This document shows, piece after piece, positions 57,815 to 64,000 of a stretch of 64,000 nucleotides of DNA. The DNA comes from a virus, in IMG/VR virus record IMGVR_UViG_3300035670_000154, positions 1-64,000 of that record. One strand, given 5' to 3'. The notes under the pieces are model-generated. The model searched no databases. It worked only from the letters and a program-made list of their open reading frames with translations, and was not told where the DNA came from. Position 1 is the first letter of the stretch; each line of letters starts with the position of its first letter. The position numbers and the translations under genes are program-made.

Positions 57815-58570
57815 ATGTTTAGGACTGAAAAAAAAGATGCAGTATGTGAAAAACATGGCACTTTTGTGCAAGACGTTTTATTTATTTTAAACAAGCCAAG
57901 ATATAGGATGTGCCCAAAATGTGTCGAAGAGGAAAAAATAGCTGAGGAGGAAAAAAGAATAAAAAAAGAAAAGCAAGAAAAACAAAGAGAAATCGAGAGA
58001 CTTTTATCTGTTTCTGGCATACCTGAGATTTTTAAAGACGCTAGTTTTAAAAAATATGAAACAAATGAAAAAAACATAGAAATAGTAGAGTTTGCAAAAA
58101 AATACGTTGTTGATTTTAAAAGCAACAATGGTGAGTCAATTGTTTTTCATGGTGAAACTGGTGTTGGTAAAAGTATGTTATCATGTGTTATTGCAAACAA
58201 TTTAATTGCAAGGTGCAATACTGTTCTTTTTATAACTCTATCTGATATTTTTAAGCAGATAAAAGAAACATGGAAAAAAAATAGCGAATTAAGCGAGTCT
58301 GACGTAATAAATTCATTTTTATCTGTTGATTTGTTGATTATTGATGAGGTTGGGTTAAAGCAGTTAAGAGAAAACGATGATGCTTTGCTTTTTGATGTGA
58401 TTGATGGTAGAATATTAAAAAGAAAGCCGTTTATAATAACAACAAATAAATCACCAGACTTGCTTTTTAAATTTGTTGGTGATAGAATAGCGTCAAGAAT
58501 AATAGGCGTATGTAAAGGGCGTATTATTGGTTTTGATGGTGTATCTGATTATAGGATTAATGGAGAATAA
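57815..58570 (+). CDS. DnaC/IstB-like helicase loader
   Basis: CEKHG...CPKC Zn motif, GETGVGKS, LLIIDEVG, TTN, DRIASR. Confidence 0.92.
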   Translation: MFRTEKKDAVCEKHGTFVQDVLFILNKPRYRMCPKCVEEEKIAEEEKRIKKEKQEKQREIERLLSVSGIPEIFKDASFKKYETNEKNIEIVEFAKKYVVDFKSNNGESIVFHGETGVGKSMLSCVIANNLIARCNTVLFITLSDIFKQIKETWKKNSELSESDVINSFLSVDLLIIDEVGLKQLRENDDALLFDVIDGRILKRKPFIITTNKSPDLLFKFVGDRIASRIIGVCKGRIIGFDGVSDYRINGE

Positions 58571-58571
58571 T

Positions 58572-58742
58572 ATGCCAAATATGACTTACTGCATGTTTCA
58601 AAATGTTTTAGAAGATTATGAACAGGCTTATGAACATTTAAAAGATGTTGGTATTGATGGTTTATCGAAAATAGAGAGAGAAAAAGTATTGGAGCTTATT
58701 AGATTGTCTAAAGATTTTGTTGATGAATTTGATGTTGTTTGA
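58572..58742 (+). CDS. hypothetical protein
   Basis: MPNMTYCMFQN motif; GGAG RBS. Confidence 0.55.
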   Translation: MPNMTYCMFQNVLEDYEQAYEHLKDVGIDGLSKIEREKVLELIRLSKDFVDEFDVV

Positions 58743-58764
58743 TTTTTTAACTTAGGAGATAAAT

Positions 58765-59076
58765 ATGAAAAAGAAAGATATTTTAAAGGCTGTTAAAGAT
58801 GAGCTTTTTGAATCTAGAAGCACCGATCTTTCACTAAAAGATATCAAGAGTGTTCTTGAGATATATTTTGAATTTTTACTTGAGGACTCTGTCCATTGTG
58901 GTGAGCAATTTAAAACACCAATTGGTACGTTCTTTAAAAAAGAATTAAAGCCAAGAAAAGGAAAAACACCAGAAGGAAAAGATTTTAGTGTTGGGGAGCG
59001 CACTAAGCTATCTTTTAGGCAAAATAAACAATCGAAGGCTTGGATTGAATTGAAAAAACTTAATGTAACTTTCTAG
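58765..59076 (+). CDS. HU/IHF-like DNA-binding protein
   Basis: MKKKDI, IGTF....KPRKGKTP.G....RTKLSFR. Confidence 0.8.
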   Translation: MKKKDILKAVKDELFESRSTDLSLKDIKSVLEIYFEFLLEDSVHCGEQFKTPIGTFFKKELKPRKGKTPEGKDFSVGERTKLSFRQNKQSKAWIELKKLNVTF

Positions 59077-59084
59077 TTAATTTT

Positions 59085-59156
59085 ATCTCCATCGTATAAT
59101 GGATAATACAGCACTCTTCTAAAGTGCGGATGAAGGTTCGACTCATTCTGGAGATG
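59085..59156 (+). tRNA. tRNA-Arg(TCT)
   Basis: ATCTCCA/TGGAGAT acceptor, GCACT-CTTCTAA-AGTGC anticodon arm, GGTTCGACT; one T-stem mismatch; no encoded CCA. Confidence 0.85.
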
Positions 59157-59187
59157 TTTTTTTTATAAAAAATAATTTTGGAGTTAT

Positions 59188-59940
59188 ATGTTAAAGTTAA
59201 ATGGGGTTGAGATATGCCCCACAATTTTTAGTGATAACACATCACAGATATGGAAAATTCATGAGAGTTTGTTTGAAACAGCTTCTGAAATAGAATGGAT
59301 TTTTGGTGGAGACCAAGAGGTTTTTCATCTGTTTCAGTTGGCTATTCTTTGTAGGTCAAAAGGTGTTAAAAGTTTAAATCTTTTGACTAAATATTTGCCT
59401 TATGCTAGGCAGGATAAGCCTATTTCAAATGAAAGTACATTTGCATTACATGTTTTTTCAAAAATAATCAATCAAATAAATTTTGATTCGATTTTTTGTT
59501 ATGATCCACATTCTGACATTGCAAAAAAGCTAATTAATAATTTATTTTGTATTGATGTGGGAAGTCATGTTTATAGATTTTTTACAGAAAACAATTATGA
59601 TGTTGTTTTGTACCCAGACTTAGGAGCAAAAACAAGATATTCTGAGCTTTATGGGCTTCCATATATTTACGCAGACAAAAAGCGAGATCAGCTTACTGGC
59701 AATATTGAAGGTCTTGATGTTATTGGTGATTGCGATGGTAAGACTGTTCTTATTGTTGATGATATATGTGATGGAGGAGGCACGTTTATAATTGCTGCAA
59801 AGGAGCTTTATGATAAAGGAGCTATTGATGTTGGTCTTTTTGTTTCTCATGGCATTTTTTCAAAAGGAAAAGAGGTTTTATATAACGCAGGAATAAACAA
59901 AGTTTTTAGTTTAAATAATTTAGGAGATAAAAATGCTTAA
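59188..59940 (+). CDS. PRPP synthetase-like protein (Adps-like, NARP1)
   Basis: YLPYARQD, DPHS, PDLGA, LIVDDICDGGGTF, SHGIFS. Confidence 0.88.
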   Translation: MLKLNGVEICPTIFSDNTSQIWKIHESLFETASEIEWIFGGDQEVFHLFQLAILCRSKGVKSLNLLTKYLPYARQDKPISNESTFALHVFSKIINQINFDSIFCYDPHSDIAKKLINNLFCIDVGSHVYRFFTENNYDVVLYPDLGAKTRYSELYGLPYIYADKKRDQLTGNIEGLDVIGDCDGKTVLIVDDICDGGGTFIIAAKELYDKGAIDVGLFVSHGIFSKGKEVLYNAGINKVFSLNNLGDKNA

Positions 59941-61369
59941 GCTTTTGCCGCTTATTTGTTGTGATGGATATAAACTTGAACATAGAAAGCAGTATCCAGA
60001 ATCAACAGAAATTATTTATTCAACATGGACTCCAAGATTTTCTAAAAAAGAAGGGTTTGATGATGTTGTTGTATTTGGGATTCAATACGCAATAAAAAAG
60101 GTTCATGATTATTTTGACGAGTATTTTTTTAAAAAAAATATAGATGATATTTTAAAAGAATACGCTTCAATAATGGAGTGTTATGGGGTTTATGAAATAG
60201 AAACTGATCATATCAGGAATCTTCATAAGATTGGTTTTTTACCAATAAAAATATCATCCGTTTATGAGGGTGCTGTTGTAAAGTTTAAAACACCAGTTGT
60301 TACAATAGAAAATACATTAGATGAGTTTTTTTGGATAACAAATTTTTTAGAAACTTTTTTAAGCTGTGAACTCTGGCCAGCATCAACAGCCGCAACAATA
60401 GCGCTTAAGTACAAAAAAATATTAAAGAAATACGCAAAAAAAACATCCTCATGCGAAGGTTTTGTCGATATTCAAGCCCATGATTTTTCAATGAGAGGGC
60501 TTGAAGGAATTGAGGCTACTATTGGAATTGGGCTTGGTCATTTATCTTCATTTAAAGGAACTGATACAATAACAGCAATTCAAGGCGCTATGTATTATTA
60601 CAATCAAAAAGGTTTTATTGCTGGAACTGTCCCTGCAACAGAACATTCTATTCAGTCTTCATACGGAGACGATTTAAAATATTTCAAAAAAATGTTGGAT
60701 ATATACAAAAAAGGAATAGTGTCTATCGTATCTGACGGGTATGATTATTTTAATGTTTTGACTAATGTGTTGCCAAAAATAAGGAAAGAGATTCTTTCAA
60801 GGGATGGTAAGGTGGTTATACGACCAGACAGTGGAGACCCAGTTAAAATAATATGCGGAGACAAAGACGGAAAAACAATAGAAGAGCAAAAAGGTTCTAT
60901 TGAAATTTTGTATGAAATTTTTGGAGGATTTATCAATGAAAAGGGATATAAAGAGCTTGATCCTCATATAGGTTTAATATATGGCGACTCAATTACTTTG
61001 AACAGGTGTGAAGAAATTTGCCAAAAACTTGCTGAAAAAGGTTTTGCATCAACAAATGTTGTTTTTGGTGTTGGTAGTTATAGCTATCAGTATAATACTA
61101 GGGACAGTTTCGGTTTCGCATTAAAATCAACTGCCAACTCTGTTAGCGGAAAAGAGTTTGCTTTATTTAAAGACCCAAAAACAGACGATGGCATGAAAAA
61201 ATCTCAAAAAGGTAGGGTTTTTGTTGATGCTGATTTTTCTTGGTCTGACGGCTATACAAGTAAAAATATGCCAGAAAATAATATGTTAAAGCCAATTTAT
61301 ATTGACGGTAAATTTTTGATTGAAACAAGCCTAGAGGATGTTAGAAAAAGACTAGATAAGATAGCTTAA
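59933..61369 (+). CDS. nicotinamide phosphoribosyltransferase-like protein (Namat-like, NARP1)
   Basis: DGYKLEH..QYP, HDFSMRG, GTDT, PATEHS, IRPDSG, IYGDSIT, RDSFGFA.K, KDPKTDDG.KKS.KG. Confidence 0.93.
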   Translation: MLKLLPLICCDGYKLEHRKQYPESTEIIYSTWTPRFSKKEGFDDVVVFGIQYAIKKVHDYFDEYFFKKNIDDILKEYASIMECYGVYEIETDHIRNLHKIGFLPIKISSVYEGAVVKFKTPVVTIENTLDEFFWITNFLETFLSCELWPASTAATIALKYKKILKKYAKKTSSCEGFVDIQAHDFSMRGLEGIEATIGIGLGHLSSFKGTDTITAIQGAMYYYNQKGFIAGTVPATEHSIQSSYGDDLKYFKKMLDIYKKGIVSIVSDGYDYFNVLTNVLPKIRKEILSRDGKVVIRPDSGDPVKIICGDKDGKTIEEQKGSIEILYEIFGGFINEKGYKELDPHIGLIYGDSITLNRCEEICQKLAEKGFASTNVVFGVGSYSYQYNTRDSFGFALKSTANSVSGKEFALFKDPKTDDGMKKSQKGRVFVDADFSWSDGYTSKNMPENNMLKPIYIDGKFLIETSLEDVRKRLDKIA

Positions 61370-61375
61370 AAAATA

Positions 61376-61449
61376 GCGCCGTTAGCTCAGTTGGTTAGAG
61401 CAGAGGACTCATAATCCTTTGGTCACAGGTTCGAGTCCTGTACGGCGCA
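61376..61449 (+). tRNA. tRNA with CAT anticodon, probably Ile2 (lysidine) rather than Met
   Basis: GCGCCGT/ACGGCGC acceptor with C4:G69 and C5:G68; GAGGA-CTCATAA-TCCTT; lacks initiator features. Confidence 0.85.
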
Positions 61450-61483
61450 TAATCTTTATTTTTAAATAAACGAAGGAAATAAA

Positions 61484-61768
61484 ATGAATGTCTTGATTAA
61501 AGCGAGTGATCTACCAAAATCTGATATTGAAATTGATAAATTAAAAAATGTGCTATCTTACTTGAATAAAAGTATTCTTGAAGAGAATAACAAAGGATTT
61601 AAATCTTTAAAAACTCACGGTAAAAATGGTGAATTTGGAGGTGATGAGCTTTATTGCCACATAACACCTTTTGTAAAATCTGTTATTGATGAGCTTAAAG
61701 AAGCTGGATATAAGGCTGAAATTAGTTCTAATAACGCTTCTGGCATCCATCTTTTAATTAAATGGTAA
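61484..61768 (+). CDS. hypothetical protein
   Basis: 94 aa; ELKEAGYK...IKW ending common in phage hypotheticals. Confidence 0.6.
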   Translation: MNVLIKASDLPKSDIEIDKLKNVLSYLNKSILEENNKGFKSLKTHGKNGEFGGDELYCHITPFVKSVIDELKEAGYKAEISSNNASGIHLLIKW

Positions 61769-61800
61769 TATGTTTTACGCCTGTATCATAAAAACAACAC

Positions 61801-61829
61801 TTGACACAATAAGGTTTTTTTGTTATTAT
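61801..61829 (+). promoter_or_regulatory. promoter of RNA cluster
   Basis: TTGACA-N17-TATTAT with TG extension. Confidence 0.65.
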
Positions 61830-61840
61830 TTATTTTAAAT

Positions 61841-61941
61841 AATCATTAGCGATACAAAAAATAGATTTTTGTAAAGTTGCCGATAAAAGCATATATATTG
61901 TATATATGCCAAAAGCCATGACTGATTGTTATGTAATGATT
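61841..61941 (+). ncRNA. putative structured RNA
   Basis: AATCATTA/TAATGATT closing stem; TACAAAAA/TTTTTGTA and GCATATATA/TATATATGC hairpins. Confidence 0.45.
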
Positions 61942-61951
61942 GCTCTTTTTT

Positions 61952-62029
61952 CTTAGCGTAGGCTAGTTTGGTTAAGTCACTCCGTTTGGGGCGGAGATAT
62001 CGTAGGTTCAAATCCTACCGCTAAGACCA
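61952..62029 (+). tRNA. tRNA-Pro(TGG)
   Basis: CTTAGCG/CGCTAAG acceptor, CTCCG-TTTGGGG-CGGAG, GGTTCAAATCC, encoded CCA. Confidence 0.93.
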
Positions 62030-62034
62030 TTTTT

Positions 62035-62164
62035 TTAAGCGTATATCAGTGGTAGATAATATGGCAGAGCCTAAATAATGGAATTTTATAACTGAAATAA
62101 ATATCCTTTCAGCTCTTTTTAGGATTTCGCGATAAGGTCGATGGTTCAAATCCATTCGCTTAAA
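62035..62164 (+). ncRNA. tRNA-like RNA with 65-nt insert replacing the anticodon loop
   Basis: Intact acceptor stem, D arm, variable loop and T arm; no 7-nt anticodon loop. Confidence 0.7.
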
Positions 62165-62168
62165 AATC

Positions 62169-62201
62169 AATACCCAGTTTTTATGGCTGGGTATTTTTTT
62201 T
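62169..62201 (+). terminator. Rho-independent terminator
   Basis: AATACCCAG...CTGGGTATT followed by T run. Confidence 0.85.
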
Positions 62202-62287
62202 CTTTATTTTTTGGAGCTTTTATGTTTTTAGCTAATTTAGTTTTCTTTTTAATTTGTTTGTATTTTGGTAAAAAAATAAGTGATAGG

Positions 62288-62728
62288 TTAGATAGATGAT
62301 ATTCTATGGGCGTTTATTGATAAAACAGCCATTGCAGAATCTCTCTCGTGTGGATTAGACTGTTTAGACCATCCTGTTATTTGATTAAAGGCTTTAGAAT
62401 CGATTTTAGAGCCTTTTTTCTTTGCTGATACACCAAAATGCTCAATCTTGTTTTTAATGGCGTATTCCTCTATTAAGTGGCTCCAAGCATCAATTGTTCC
62501 AACTTTTCTTGCTATACTCATAGCTGCTGCTTTTGATTGTGTTCCTACAGCATTGTACATAAAGCCAATTTTTCTACTATCCTCAAAAACAATTATATCT
62601 GGCTTTTCTTTAGGTAAAAGAATAACCACCAAATCCAATGGATTAGTGGTTTGAAGATCAACTAGCTTTCCGTTTATGAAAATTGAAACACCAGTTTTTA
62701 AACCAGGGTCTATTCCTATTGTTCTGAT
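62288..62728 (-). CDS. RuvC-like Holliday junction resolvase
   Basis: In-frame IGIDPGFKTG upstream of the ORF-track start, IVFED, HERDSA; apparent ATC start. Confidence 0.75.
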   Translation of the reverse strand: MRTIGIDPGLKTGVSIFINGKLVDLQTTNPLDLVVILLPKEKPDIIVFEDSRKIGFMYNAVGTQSKAAAMSIARKVGTIDAWSHLIEEYAIKNKIEHFGVSAKKKGSKIDSKAFNQITGWSKQSNPHERDSAMAVLSINAHRISSI

Positions 62729-63042
62729 TTTTTTTCTCCAATAATTTTTATTGTATCTATTTGATCATGGCTTTCGTTATGAACATCAATCAAACCTTTT
62801 GAGAAAATATAATCAACTACAATCACATCGCCTTTTTTACCATAATAGCAATCTTCTTTTAAGGTCAATTTCTCTTGGAAACAAAATGTACCAAGAGCAA
62901 TAATTGTCCATTCAGTAATCTCAGCCTCTATTCCCAAGTATGTTTTAGCAGTTTCTGATATAGCAATTTCTTCACACATTTTCATTTCCTTCCTTTGGTA
63001 CAATAAACGTAACTTTTGTTGTTCTAATATTAACAGCAACAT
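62716..63042 (-). CDS. hypothetical protein
   Basis: ORF; real start probably an internal Met. Confidence 0.5.
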   Translation of the reverse strand: MLLLILEQQKLRLLYQRKEMKMCEEIAISETAKTYLGIEAEITEWTIIALGTFCFQEKLTLKEDCYYGKKGDVIVVDYIFSKGLIDVHNESHDQIDTIKIIGEKKSEQ

Positions 63043-63196
63043 ATAAGTATGTCAAGCCAATTCCAATGTGAGCAACGATATAACCAATAGGCGATTGCAT
63101 AAATACACCGCCAATAGCATATCCTAAAGACGTTCCAAAGAAAAAACAATCGTTAAAATTTATTTTTTCACTAATTTTTTTAAAAATATTCTTCAT
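62972..63196 (-). CDS. small membrane protein
   Basis: Two hydrophobic segments. Confidence 0.55.
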   Translation of the reverse strand: MKNIFKKISEKINFNDCFFFGTSLGYAIGGVFMQSPIGYIVAHIGIGLTYLYVAVNIRTTKVTFIVPKEGNENV

Positions 63197-63542
63197 TTAA
63201 ATCCTCATCAATAAAACAAGTAGTATCAATAGATTCTGCAACTCTTGATTTTTCAACCATAAGATACATTAATTTTTTAAACTCTTTAAAATTTTTTGGC
63301 ATAATGCTTGTCCTAGCGCCTGTAGATACAGAAAATCTATCAAATTTTTTTTTAGAATATCCACATAAAATCAAACTTTCAGGTATCCACAAGCAACACC
63401 TAAATCGCCTATTTTTAAAATAAAATTCACTGTGAAACTTTTTCTTTCCCATATCAGATTGATATAGGTCTTTAATATGAAGTCTTTCGCACCAATTGTT
63501 CCACTGTTTTGGCTTTTTTGTTACGTCTTTGTATTTAACCAT
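63180..63542 (-). CDS. hypothetical protein
   Basis: GAGGT RBS. Confidence 0.55.
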   Translation of the reverse strand: MVKYKDVTKKPKQWNNWCERLHIKDLYQSDMGKKKFHSEFYFKNRRFRCCLWIPESLILCGYSKKKFDRFSVSTGARTSIMPKNFKEFKKLMYLMVEKSRVAESIDTTCFIDEDLNEEYF

Positions 63543-63597
63543 TTAAACCTCACTAAAATTAATTATTGGAATGGCTGCATATTCACCACTAAGATAG

Positions 63598-63765
63598 TCA
63601 TCCTGAATAATCAATTGTTGGAACCGCGCCTACTTCAAAATCTGCCTTTAAATGTGTGTCGATTGCCTCTTGATGTTGCGTAACCCAATTTTTATTTACT
63701 CTCAAATCAAAACGCGTTTCTTCACTAAAAGATAAAAAGTTAGCCACTGAAAATTCAAGTAACAT
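63598..63765 (-). CDS. 55-aa protein starting with an AAA_21/RloA-type ATPase N-terminus
   Basis: MLLEFSVANFLSFSEETRFDL with GGAG RBS; ends before any Walker A. Confidence 0.55.
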   Translation of the reverse strand: MLLEFSVANFLSFSEETRFDLRVNKNWVTQHQEAIDTHLKADFEVGAVPTIDYSG

Positions 63766-64000
63766 ATTAAACTCCATTAAAATCAACGTGCTTTATTTTT
63801 GTAAATGTGTTTTATACATTTCAGAAAAAAGACTTAATAAATCACTTTCTAAGTATTCCATATCAGTAAATTTTTCAATATAGAACTCCTCTTTTTCTTT
63901 TATAAAAGCCACAATCTCTTTTTCTTCAAACAAATCCAAAATCATTGTTTGAATGTTTGTTTGTTGTGCTTTAACACCCAGATTAAAAAATATATAAATA

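Noticed and set aside
61870-61925. Resemblance to c-di-GMP-I riboswitch pieces (GTTGCCG, AAAGCC)
   Set aside because: Elements are in the wrong order and the GNRA/receptor pair is missing.
1-64000. Stop-codon reassignment
   Set aside because: Conserved genes are full length in the standard code and no suppressor tRNA is present.

Overview
The window is most or all of an AT-rich, myovirus-type tailed phage genome (contractile tail: sheath, tube, Gp138 spike, baseplate J). NrdAB, dUTPase, SSB and a SlyB-like lipoprotein resemble proteobacterial proteins, suggesting a Gram-negative proteobacterial host (inference). Layout: accessory genes (0.2-5 kb); DNA methylases and nucleotide metabolism (dut, DUF5664 diphosphohydrolase, thyA, nrdAB; 5.5-16.7 kb); a complete morphogenesis operon (16.8-44 kb) with a -1 frameshifted tail chaperone; membrane and lysis genes interleaved with repeat-flanked accessory genes (44-52 kb); recombination/replication genes (ssb, Gp157, exonuclease, Sak4-like ATPase, initiator, DnaC-like loader, HU); a NARP1-like NAD+ reconstitution pair; three tRNAs; and a RuvC-like resolvase. 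No integrase, repressor, DNA polymerase, RT or CRISPR array was seen. Most unusual: (i) promoter-driven structured non-coding RNAs, including a tRNA body carrying a 65-nt insert in place of its anticodon loop and a ~230-300 nt multi-stem RNA with a kissing loop; (ii) orphan or degenerate pieces of defence/TA proteins (two Panacea antitoxins, two ABC-ATPase fragments, an IrrE-like protein lacking HEXXH); (iii) accessory genes bracketed by direct repeats of the upstream gene's 3' end. All family assignments come from motif recognition by eye; no database searches were run.
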